Below, one piece after another: positions 13,246 to 25,000 of a DNA stretch of 64,000 nt. This DNA is from Phoronis australis. Taxonomy: Eukaryota; Animalia; Phoronida. How positions within the stretch are numbered: the stretch's first letter is position 1; the number at the start of each line of letters is the position of its first letter. The position numbers were made by a program, and so were the translations under genes. The notes beneath the pieces are model-generated. The model was not told the origin of the DNA and did not search any database. It was given only the letters and a program-made list of their open reading frames with translations. Where the stretch lies: NCBI GenBank assembly GCA_002633005.1, contig NMRA01000644.1, positions 1-64,000 of the forward strand, written 5' to 3'.

Positions 13246-15330
13246 TTTTTTTAACAGTGGTATATATTTATTGAAGAATACATAAGACATGAAATGATGA
13301 CAAACCCAGAAATCACGAAGCATTATATCTGGGTTGTAAACAATTCATAAATGAAACTAATATGCATAGAGGTATATACATTTAAGTAGTATCTAATATA
13401 AGTATCCCAATATTTAGATATGCTATTGTGAATATATAAAAACAAAAACATGTACAGATTCATGCATGGAAGTCAGAAGCAGCAATATTGATAAACGGTA
13501 CATAAAAATTTGCTACCGTTGCTTAGGAGGAATTCATTGAGAACGACGTCAAAGTTAGGACTACCATTCAATAATAATGTAACTTTAGTAGGGATATTAT
13601 TACAAGAATTGAGAACATTAACAATTGATTGGTTTTCATTGAGTGCTCGAAAGAGCGAATCCCTCAGGTATTCGATGAGGGGACATTTGAAGAAAATATG
13701 AGGATAAGATTGATGGTCACCACATTTACAGTTTGGATAAATATTACTAAAATTATGCCTAAACTTGTCAGATTTGAGGAAAAGACCACATCTTGATCTG
13801 TACAATGCTATTTCGTTATCTCGGGGAAGGGAGAAGTGAGTTAAGGGTGCTGAGTTATCAAAATTGTGAAAAACAGTTCTAAAATTATTTTTTATACTCG
13901 TAAAAGAGTTGCTTTCCTTAACAGAGACTGGAAGAGAATTCCAGCTTTTGATGCACATCATGACTGTAGACCTTCTGAATGCCTGACTGAATGACGGAGG
14001 AATTGCATATAGGGTGAAGGATCTCAAATCGCTACGATGGACTTGTCTAGTGTATAGATCAAATATTTTTTGACAAAGGCGTTGTTGACGTTGTTTATTA
14101 CTTTGAATGTAAATGTGGTCATGTGAAGATTGCGTCGAGTAGACAGTTTGGGCCACTCGAGACTATTCAAAACCTTAACACTATTGAATCCCCTGTAAGC
14201 TCCGGTTATGAGTAAGGCAGCTTGATACTGTAATTTCTCCATATGTTGGAGTGCACCCGTATTGGTCGACTGGTATGATATCACAATAATCAATGTGTGG
14301 AAGTATAAAGGATTTGAACAAAACTTCTAAATGTGTAGAATTCAGATGACGAGAGACAAGCTTAAGTGGGTTAATTAGTTTCTGAGTTTTTTGTACGAGC
14401 TCCCGAACGTGAGGTGTGAATAAAAGGTTTTCATCTAACAGTATACCAAGATGTGTGAGACTGTTTTCTAGGAATGATTTCATCATTAAGTTTAAGGTCA
14501 TAAGACGGGTCAACAAGGAAGAGAGCATTACTAGATTTAGAGAAGGTGAGGTCAACGCTTTTTTTTCTGGTTTAAAATTCATTCTCCATTCGTGTGACCA
14601 ATAGCTGAGTTTATTTAAGTCGTGTTGAAGCTGCAAAGAACTTTCAGGGCTGCTCCCTGCGAAGGGGTAAAAAAGCGCCGTGTCATCTGCATAGAGGTAT
14701 GTGCTACATGACAGGTTATCAGGAAGGTCATTAATATAAACCAAGAAGAGAAGAGGGCCCAAAACGCTACCATGCGGTACACCTGCGTTTACAAATCCAG
14801 GAGGGGATAAAGTTGAAAGTACGCCGTAGACACGAACACTATGTGTTCTATCGGAGAGATATGAGGTGATCATGGTTAAAAGGTTACCAGTAATGCCATA
14901 GGATCGAAGTTTGTGAAGTAGAAGGTCGTGAGGGACACAGTCGAAAGCAGAAGCTATATCTAGAAAAATAGACCTGACACTCTCGCCCTTCTCAAAATAT
15001 AAATGAATGTCATGTACTATTTCAACAAGTTGTGACACGGTGCTGTTTCCAGGCAAAAAACCAAATTCACGATGATAAATCAAGTTGTTTTGTTTGAGAT
15101 CTGTAAGAATACTTTGAGCAGTGATCTTCTCGAAGATTCTGGATAGGGTGTTAAGTAAAGTTATTGGGCGATAATTTGAAATTTCAGTTTTGGAGTCTTT
15201 TTGTGTATAAGGACCATACTTCCATGTTTCCAAGAAGACGGATATATAACTAGCTGAAGAAGTTTGTTAAACAGATTGGTCAAGGGCATGGTAATTTCGT
15301 TGGCAATCATTTAGAAATAAGCTGAACTCA
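13246..15330 (-). mobile_element. 5'-truncated CR1-group LINE ORF2 (RT plus C-terminal Cys/His domain) with frameshifts, poly(A) signal and tail
   Basis: ORF 14181-15233 has NYRPITLL, FLDIASAFDCVPH, GVPHGSVLGPLLFLVYIND and LYADDT. ORFs 14024-14293 and 13473-14156 continue with RHN...CKCG..HIFFKCP. AATAAA and an A-run lie at ~13272-13246 on the minus strand. Confidence 0.95.
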
Positions 15331-15429
15331 TAAATTAAGGTTTACCAACTATTATAGCTTTTAAGCTAAAACGTTTTTTAAAAAAACACATTTTTCACGC
15401 TAAGCTTGGACCGGGAAGCTATCGTCTGC

Positions 15430-15826
15430 TAAACTAGGTTACCACTGGTAACTGAGTATACTTCTCAAGTCAAAGGATCCCGACACGATACCGCATTCAA
15501 ACTGGAGATCGGTGATTTACTAGTGAGAGAACATGAGAGAAAAATTTCATTGAATTAAGATATCGTTCAGTGGCGGATTTAGAAGGGGGCCAAGGGGACC
15601 ATGGCCCCCCCCCTAAAATTCTCCCAGATTCCATTTGGTAATTGGGGGGAGCGAATGTCTGACTAGCAAAATCGTGGCTAATACTATGCCTTGGCCCCCT
15701 AACAAAAAAAATCCTGGTTCCGCCCCTGTCGTTTTTATGGAAATTGTGCGTCTTATTTTTCATACCGTATAAATGCAGTACCATGCCCTTTGTTGAACAT
15801 AGGATTATTGCGTTTGCTCATTTAAG
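15430..15826 (+). repeat. Dispersed repeat, second copy at ~33175-33406
   Basis: Both copies share TAGGTTACCACTGG(T)ACTGAG...CGCATTCAAACTGGAGATCG...TTTGTTGAACAT. Confidence 0.75.
15568..15728. mobile_element. hAT-type MITE
   Basis: Termini are CAGTGGCGGATT and GGTTCCGCCCCTG, flanked by TCGTT on both sides. The element is absent from the homologous repeat copy at ~33305. Confidence 0.7.
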
Positions 15827-15853
15827 TATTCTATTTTCACGCTCGATGACGTT

Positions 15854-16013
15854 AGCCGCTGAGTGGTGTAGTGGTAAAGTCGGAGACTCGAAACGCTTGA
15901 GGCCCGGGTTCGAAAGGCCTCGGTTTCCCGCCAAACTGTTATCTCACTGGTGAGATAACATTGGGTTATTACGCGGTTGTATTTGCCATTCGAGGCTAAT
16001 ATTGTGGTATAAA
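15854..16013 (+). mobile_element. tRNA-derived SINE-like repeat (second, internally deleted copy at 34981-35123)
   Basis: It has an A box (TGGTGTAGTGG) and a B box (GGTTCGAAAG). The body CGGTTTCCCGCCAAACTGTTAT...CATTCGAGGCT...TGTGGTATAAA is shared with the 35 kb copy. Confidence 0.7.
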
Positions 16014-19000
16014 TAACACAAAACGTACCGAGAGTGGTGTACATGAAGTAATATCCCACGAGACATTCCGCCTATCGACCGAGACCACATTCGAATTCCA
16101 AAGTTTCTTACATTTTTTCGGCAGATTTTTTAAATACTTCACCCAGACTGTTCACATGGCGGGTCACAATCTATATGTATGAACTTAAGCGTTAGGTTGC
16201 AAGTTTTCTCTTGTAAAAGAAACAGTTTTAAAAGTAACGATTTATTTCTTGAAAAGCTGTAGCGAAGATGAAAACAACGGCAACTGTGCAGTGAACTTGT
16301 AACATCTCTTGGAAATAGTTAAAAAACAACAATATTTGATATTTTAATTTCCTAGGAATCGTCGCCCGAGTTGCTGACGATAAAGTATTCAGCAATTGAA
16401 AACTGAGACATAAGTGTCTTATAATTAACAACTTTGTTCCATATTTTACGTTTAGGGCCTGGTTGCATGTCTAGTGTTAGTTACACTGCTGCAACTGTAT
16501 TGCTTTTAACTATGTTCGCAAAGTTAGATGATCGAACCGACTGAAGACGTCGAGTCGACATTGACCTACCTTTTGAACTTTCCATGTCAGGGGTCGCTGT
16601 TGACGTAGTGCGGGAGGTGAATACGGAAAACTTTATTACATGGCCGTATTTCCCTCGACAGATTCAACGCCTGTGGAATAAATGGTGTTATTTGATATGC
16701 ACTGCAGCTGCCACAGCCCGTTGGAGTCGAGCAGTGGTTCCCGTGACCCATTTCTGCCGGCGTAGGAACAAAACTTATTCATTTAGCATCCGACTAGCAT
16801 ATTGAAAACAGGTAATTTTCTGATTGTTTGTAAATTACATTACTATACGGTTTCGTCTATTTACACGCTTTACTCATTCCCGAACGTCATGCTGCAACCA
16901 TTGGATAATCAAAACGGAGGAAGAAGCCTTTAAGACGAAAATGATGAAGGTAAACTAACACTGTTTGCGTTTCATACTGGACAAGTATGAAAAGGGTACA
17001 GCGGTATACTCTGAAATCTCTCAAGTCATAACACAAACAACATGACAAAGAAAATGGTTTTTTAAGTTGCCCTGTTATACCAAAGGTTCAAAAAATCGTC
17101 AGAGGTGGTTAGTTCGAATCTAGTTCAAAGATCTATGAGACCAGAAAACAGTGATTGAAAGTCAACATCAGTGAAATAACAAAATTGTAGTGGGAGTAAA
17201 CCAAAAACTTGAAATAAAAGTAAAACGTACAATTCAGTGTAGATTGCTGAGCTTGCTTGGATTCTTTCCATAGGGACCGGTTCTTCTAGGAAGTGGTTTA
17301 AGGCTAGCACCTGCTCCAATACTCTCGTGTCATGAATGTTCAACATACATTTTAACTATCGAACTAATGAACTTTTGGACTTTTGTGTACCTGAAGAGGT
17401 ATGGATTTTTGGACTTGCACATATTCGAACACATGAACACCACGATTTCTTACCTTCTGCCTACACTCCTCCTCACTAGTAGTTTTCAATTCAGATCACA
17501 TGGGCTGTTTGGTTCCAGGGTGTTGACTTCGTCTCAAGCTGATTGTAGATTTTTAGAGACTTGGCCTTTGGTCGAACTACTGGGATTTGGCTGACAAGGA
17601 TAGCATTAACATGCAGGATCTGAGTTTAAGAACATTGACGGTGTACCATGGGCGCTGTAGTACCCATTACATAAATGATATAAAATCCAAAAGGTATGGC
17701 GCTGATCAGCTGTAAACCTCCTCAAAGTTACATGTTTCGGTTGCTTTGGTGTACTTTGAGCCCTCAAACTTCACCCAACACTTGTTTGGTTTGGAAAAAT
17801 GAAGTGAAAATCTCGCCAGACATTCAGGCATCTGTTTTTGTTCATGTACGCTGTTTCAAACTTGGTTTCAACAGAAAGTCTCTCAAAAACTAAAATTTAG
17901 CAAAAAAAAGAACAAAGGCACCGTATCAATAACAAGAGCGATTTAAATTTGATGAAATTGTTTCTAAAGAAATCTCAGAAACCCTATCAATACTTTAATA
18001 TATGGTCAATTGATTTTCGTTTGGGAACTGTAGTTGAATCATAACTATTGAAAGTTTTACTTAATTCCGAATTCTTAGATAGAAATTTCAAAATTAAAAG
18101 AAATGTATACGTTTTTCCAGGGTCAGGAAGAACTGAACAAGCACGAAACTGACCTCGCCACCACGGCAATGAACCAAAGAGATGCTGTCTTACCCGTTAC
18201 ATGAAGGGCGATAAATTTGTTTTTCTTTCGTTATTGGTAACGTTTTGGGGGTAGCCGACACTTGCGGTTATAGTTCTCTACCCGCGAGTGATCAAAGTGG
18301 TGCTCATGTCGTTGTAGTAGATTTTTTAAGTGTTTGCTGTATTTTAGTTGTAGTCTGGGTTCTTTTAATGTATTAATGTTTGGGTCGGGATGACGTACGT
18401 TTATTGCAATGGATAGATCTGGCCACCTATGAAATGTGTTATCATTTTCTAGGACTAGACCTTTTGTTTCATTTCTTGGTGGTTCTTTGGCGCTGACATT
18501 TACGTTCTTTCTAATCTAGACTAACACTTGCACTAACATGCTAACACAAGCCTGAACATACCAAGAAAGTCAACATGAATGAACCCAACTGAGTTTCAAT
18601 TTCTAAAAGTGTATGATGAATGGTGTTATTTACTATCATTTGCAGATGGCACAACCCGTTGGAGTCGAGCAGTGCTCCCCGTGACCCATTTGTGCCAGGC
18701 CAGGGACGAAAAATATTCATTTAGCATCCGAGTAACAAATTGAAAACGGGTAATTTTGCTGATTGCTTGTAAATTCTATTATGATACGTTATTGTCTATT
18801 GACACGCTATACCCATTCCCTAACGTTACGCTGCAACCATTGGATAACCAAAACGGAAAAAGAAGTCTTCGAGACGAAAAGGATGAAAGTAAACTAACGT
18901 TGCTTGCGTTTCATGCTGGACAAGTATGAATAGTATACAGCTCTAAACTCTGAAGTCTCTCAAGCCATAACACGAACAACATGACAAAGAAAATGTTTTT

Positions 19001-22000
19001 AAAACTGCCCTGACTTACCGGAGGTTCAAAAAATCGTCATAGACAAGAGGTAGTAAGTTCGAATCTAGTTCAAAGATCTATGAGACCAGAAAACAGTGAT
19101 TGAATGTCACAAACAGCGAAATAACAAAATTGTAGTGGGGGTAATCCAAAAACTTGAAATAAAAGTAAAACCTACAGCTCTGTGCAGATTGATGAGCTTT
19201 GCTTGGATTCTTTCCAGAGTGACCGATTCTTCTAGGAACTGGTTTAAGGCTAGCACCTGCTCCAATTCTCTCGAACATTTTGCTCGAAGTAACTGTTTAG
19301 AACCTCGTGTCATGAATGTTCAACATTTTAACTTTCGAACTAATGGACTTTTGGACTTGTGTGTACCTTCGGAAATGTGGATTCTTGGACTTGCAAACAT
19401 TCGGACCCATGAATACCATCATTTCTTATCTTCTGTCCGCATTCCTTCACACTTGTAGTTTTCAATTCAGATCATAGGGGCTGTTCGCTTCCAGCGTGTT
19501 GATTTAGTTAGAAGCTTTTTGTAGATTTTTAGAGACTTGGTCTTTGGTCGAACTACTGGGATTTGGCTGACAAGGATAACATTAACATGCAGGATCTGAG
19601 TTTAATAACAGTAACATTGTACCATGGGCGCTTCAGTACCCCTTACATGAATGATATCAAATCCAAAAGGTATGGCGCGGATCAGCTGTAAGCCTCCTTA
19701 AAATTACACTATACATGTTTGGACTGCTTGAGTGTTCTTTGAGCTTTCAAACTTCACCCAACAATGGTTTGATTTGGACGAATTATGTGAGCATCTACTC
19801 GCCAGGGATTCAGGCATCTGTCTTTGTTCATGTACGCTGTTTCAAACTTGGTTTCATCACAAAGTCTCTCAAAAACCGCAAAAATTTAGCAAAAAAGAAC
19901 AAAGGCACCGTATCAACAACAATAGAGAATTTAAGTTGATAAAACAATTCCTGAAGTGATATCAGAACTTTTTTAATATTTTAAAACATGATCAATTGAT
20001 TTTCGTTTTGTGAACTGTACTTGAATCATAACACTTGAAAGTTTTGATTAATTCCGAACAGTTCTTACTTAGATACAAATTTAAAGAAATGTAGACGTTT
20101 TTCCAGTGTCAAGCAGGTACTGAACAAGCACTAAACTGACCTTGCCACCACCGGCAGTGAACCAAAGAGATGCTGTTTTACCCGTCAAATGAAGGACGAT
20201 AAAGGTGTTTTCCTTTCGTTATTGGTAGCGTTTTGGAGTCGCCGTCACTTGCAGTTACAGTTCTCCACCTGCAAGAAAACAATGTGGTGTTCATGTCGTT
20301 GTAATTATGGATTTTTTCGTGTTTGCTCTATTTTAGTTGTATTCTGGGTTCTAATGTATTAATGTTTGGGTCGTGATGACGCACATTTATGGATAGATCT
20401 GGCCATCTATCAAATGTATTATCATTCTCCAGGACTAGACATTTTGTTTCATTTCTTGGTGGTTCTTTCGTGGTGACACTGACATTCTTACTAATCTCGT
20501 CTTAACCTTGCATTAAAATACTCACGAAAGTCTTAATATACCAAGAAAGTCAACACGAATGAATGCAAATGGCTTTCAATTTCTCAAAGTGCATGATGAA
20601 TGGTGTTATTTGATATGCATTGCAGATGCCACAACGCGTTGGAGCCGAGCAGCGGTTCCCGTGATCCATTTCTGCCGGGTTAAGGACAAAAATTATTCAT
20701 TTAGCATCCGAGTAGCAAATTGAAAACAGATAATTTGCAGATTGTTTGTAAATTAATACACATTTTTTGTCTATTTACATGCTATACCCATTCCCCAACG
20801 TTACGTTACAACCATTGGATAACCAAAACGGAAGAAGAAGTCTTTAGAAGAAAATGTTAAAGGTAAACTAACGTTGCATGCGTTTCATACTGCACTAGTA
20901 TAAATAGGGTGCAGCTCAACGCTATGAAGGTTCTCAAGTTATAACACACATAATACATGAAGGAAAAGAATTACGCAGTCATGCCGAAGGTTGAAAAACC
21001 CGTCATGGAGGATAACTAGTTGGTTGCAATCTAGTTCGAAGATCTATGAGACCAGAAACGAGTTATTCAACGTCAACAACAGTGGTGCAACAAAATCATA
21101 GTGGGGTTTTAAGTTATCAATTTAAAAGATAAAAAGACACTGTTCAGTGCACGTTATTGAGATTTGCTAGGATTTTTCCAGAGGCACCAGTTCTTCCAGG
21201 AACTGGTTTAAAGCAGGCACCTTCTCGAATAGTCGCGAACATTTTCCTCGAAGTCACTGTTTAGAACCTCGTGTAATGAATGTTCAACATTTTAACTTTC
21301 GAAGTAATGGACATTTGGACTTGTGTGCAACTTAGGAGATACGGACAAGGCAGTTCCGCTTACATGAATGATATCAAATCCAAAAGGTATGCTGCTGATC
21401 AGCTGTAAAGCTTCTGAATGTTACATTTTTCGACTGCTTGGGTGTTCTTTGAGCATTCAAAATTTCACCAAACACTTGTTTATTTGGATTAATGGCTTGA
21501 AAATCTACTCCCAGGCATTCAGGTATCTGTTTTTGTTCATATACACTGTTTCACACTTGGTTTCAGCACAAAGTCTCTCAAAAGCTGTAAAATTCAGCAA
21601 AAACCACAAACTCACAGCATGAATAGCAAGATAGAGTTTAGTTTTTATGAAAGTCACCCTGAAGTGATCTCAGAAACCCTTTAAAAACATTAATACATGA
21701 TCATTTGATTTTTGTTTTGTGAACGGTATTTAAATCATGACATTTGAAAGTTTTGCATCAATCTGAAGAGTACCTTCTGAGATAATAAAACTTAGAGAAA
21801 TGCATACATGTTTCCAGGGTCATACATGAATAGAACCAGCACGACACTGACCTAGCCACCACCGCCACTGAGCCAAAGAGATGATGTCTTACCCGTTACT
21901 TGAAGGACGATAAAGGTATTTATCTTTAGTTATTGGTAAGCGTTTGGCCTTACAAACACTTGCAGTTATAGTTTTCCATCTGTGATGTCCAGGCCATTGC

Positions 22001-25000
22001 AAGAGATTTTTTTAAGTGTTTGGTGTATTTTTCTTGTTCTCTGGGCTCTCCTAATCTGTTAATGTTTGGGTCGTGATGACGTACAGTTATGTCGATGGAT
22101 GAGTCTGCTCTTCTATCAAATGTATTATCATTCTCTAGGACTAGACATTTTGTTTCATTTCATGCTGGTTCTTTTGCGTTGATGATAACGTTCTTTCTAA
22201 TCCTGACTAACACTTAAACTAACATATTAAAACAACCCTATGATAAAAAGAAAGACAGCACGAATGAGCTCAAATGTCGTTCAATATCTCAAAATGCATA
22301 GTGAACGGTGTTTTTGGATATCCTTTGCAGATGTCACAACCAGATCGATCCGAGCTGTGGCTCCTGTGACCGATTTCTTCCGGGTCGGGATAAAAAATTT
22401 TCAATGAACATCTGAGTAGCAAATTGAAAACATGTAATTTCGCCGATAGTTTGTAAATTTTTTTAATACACATTTTGTGTATTTACACGCCATACCCATT
22501 CACAAACGTTACGCTGCGACCAACCGATAACCAAAACTTAAGAAGAAGTGTTTAAGACTAAAATGATGAAGGTAAATTAACGTTGTTTGAGTTTCATACT
22601 GCACTAGTTTGAATAGGGTACAGCTCGAAGCTCTGAAGTTTCTCAAGTCACGACACATATACTATAAGAAAGAAATGTTTTTAAAATTGATCTATTATGT
22701 CGAAGGTTCACAAATCGGTCATAGACTGGAGCTAGTTAGTTCTAATGTAGTTCCAAAATGTATGAGACCAAAAACCATTGATTCAATATCAACAACAGCG
22801 GAGCAACAAAATTGTAGTGCGGGTAAGCCAAACTTTAAAATATGAATTAAAGCGACAGCTCAAGGCACATTGCTGAACTTCGCTTGGACTCTATCCAGAG
22901 GTGTCAGACAAAAACCTGCTCAAAACCTCTTGAACATTTTGCTCGAAATCACTGTTCAGAACTTTCGACCTAAAAGACTTTAGGACTTGTGTGTACCTCA
23001 GGAGATATGGATTTTTGGACTTTCAAAAGTTCGAACCCACGAATACCGTGATTTGACACATTCTGCGCACACCTTCTCTATTGTAGTTTTTAATTCAGGT
23101 CATGAGGCTTGTTCGCTTCTAGAGTGTTGACTTCGCTTGAAGCTGATTGTAGATTTGTAGATACTTGGCCTTTTGTGGAACTTCTGGATTTTGACTGACA
23201 GGTATAGCATTAGCAGGCAGGATCTGACTGTGAATAGTGACATTGTACCAAAGGCGCTGCAGTACCACTTACATGAAAGATATCAAATCCAAAAGGTACG
23301 TTGCTATCAGCTGTAAACCTCTTGACAGCTACATGTTTCGAATGCTTGGGTGTTCTTTGAGCCTTCAAAACTTCACCGAACATTTGTTTGGTTTTTGCAA
23401 AAATGATGTAAAACTCTATTCGCCAGGCATTCGCGCATCTGTCTTTGTTCATGTATACTGTTTCGCTCTTGGTTTCAAATCAAAGTTTCTCAAAAACTGT
23501 AAAATTTAATAAAAACACAAAGACACCTCATCAATAACAAGTTAGAATTTAATTTGAAGAAATTGTTCCTAAATTGATCTCAGAAATCCTGTTAATATTT
23601 TAAAGCCGCGCACCGTACCAGTGACTGCTGGCAACTCACCGGGACTCAACTTTAACATCTTTCGCCGCAGAGATAACAACTCTTGGGCTGTCTCCGGTGA
23701 GTCCATTCTTTGTTGAATGATGTTTAGATAAATTAAATATTTTTGTTTTGTGAACGGTGTTTAAATCATAGCATTTGAAAGTTTTACATCAATCCGAAAA
23801 TTCTCTCTGAGATATAAATTTTAAACCTGAAAGAAATGTATACGTTTTTCCAGGGTCATAGAGGAACTGAACAAGCACGACCCTGTTCTTGTCACCACCG
23901 CCAGTGAGCCAAAGAGATAAGTCTTACCCGTTACATGAACAACGATAAAAATGTTTACCTTTCGTTTTTTGTAAGCTTTTGGCCTTGCCAAAAATTGCAG
24001 TTATAATTCTCAACCTGCTTGAAAACTGTGTGGTGTCCATGCCATTGTAATAGATTTTTTAAGTGTTTGGTGGATTTTGCTTGTAACCTGGGTTCTCCTA
24101 ATGCATTGATGTTTGGGTTGTGATGACGTACATTTATGTCAATAGATAAATCTGCCCATCTGTCAAATGTATTATCATTCTCTAGGAATAGAAATTTTGT
24201 TTCGTTTCTGGCTGGTTCTTTGGCGTTGATGCTAGCGTTCTTTCTAATCCCGACTAACACTTGGACTAACATATTAATACAAGCCCTAACATGTCAAGAA
24301 AGAAAGCACGAATGAGCCCAAATGACGTTTAAGACCTCAAAATGCATAGTGAATGGTGTAATTTGAAGTCCTTTGCAGATGTCACAACCAGGTGGAGCCG
24401 AGCAGTGGCTCCCATTTCCGATTTCTGGCTGGCTATGGACAAAAAAATTTCAATTAACATCTGAGTAGCAAATTGAAAGCACGTAATTTTGTTGATTGTT
24501 TGTAAATCATTTTATTAAACGTTTTGTCTATTTACACGTCATACCCATTCCCAAAGGTTACGCTGCGACCCTTGGATAACCAAAACGGAAGAAGTCTTTA
24601 AGACGAAAATGGTGAAGATAAACTAACGTTGCTTACGTTTCATAATGCACTGATATGAATAGTGTACAGATCAAAGCTCTGAAGGCTCTCACGTCATAAC
24701 ACACACAATATAACGAAGAAAATGTTTATAAAATTGACATGTCATGCCTAAGGTTCACGAATCCGTCATAGAGGAGAGCAAGTTAGTTCGAATCTAGTTC
24801 AAAGAACTATGAGACCAGAAGCCAATGTCGACAACAGCGGAGCAATAGGATCGTAGTTTGGTCTTGAACCAAAATTTAAAATATGAATAAAAGCAACAGC
24901 TCAGTGCACATTGCTGAACTTTGCTTGGATTCTTTCCAGTGGCACCTGTTCTTCCTGGAACTGGTTTCAAGCAGGCACCTGTTAAAAAACTCGATCATTT

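Larger units (their letters stand above)
12884..16683. mobile_element. Crypton-like composite insertion: terminal palindrome plus short terminal direct repeat, carrying nested elements
   Basis: The array unit breaks at ...GCATG-ATAAAT (12884-89) and resumes at ATAAAT-GGTG (16678-83). A palindrome at 12884-13057 is centred on CCGAGGGGCGTCAGCCCCGAGG. ATTTATTCCACA (13051-62) is the inverse of the right end TGTGGAATAAAT (16672-83). TTATTACATGGC occurs at both 12895 and 16633. Confidence 0.6.

Noticed and set aside
18195-18700. Long minus-strand open frame in the array consensus (...KEPPRNETKGLVLENDNTFDRW...) with apparent splice sites
   Set aside because: It has no recognisable domain and is broken differently in each unit. 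It is better explained as the antisense shadow of the + strand integrase frame.
19230-19400. Minus-strand H..H...EY...C pattern resembling an integrase Zn finger
   Set aside because: It is an isolated match containing stops. The + strand gives a collinear series of pol motifs, including its own Zn-finger region.
18230-19460. GPCR-like words in the array (IGNVL, FIAMDR, FAWILS, PMNT..LL)
   Set aside because: Spacing and order do not fit a 7TM protein, and the same positions map in order onto Gypsy RNase H/integrase motifs.
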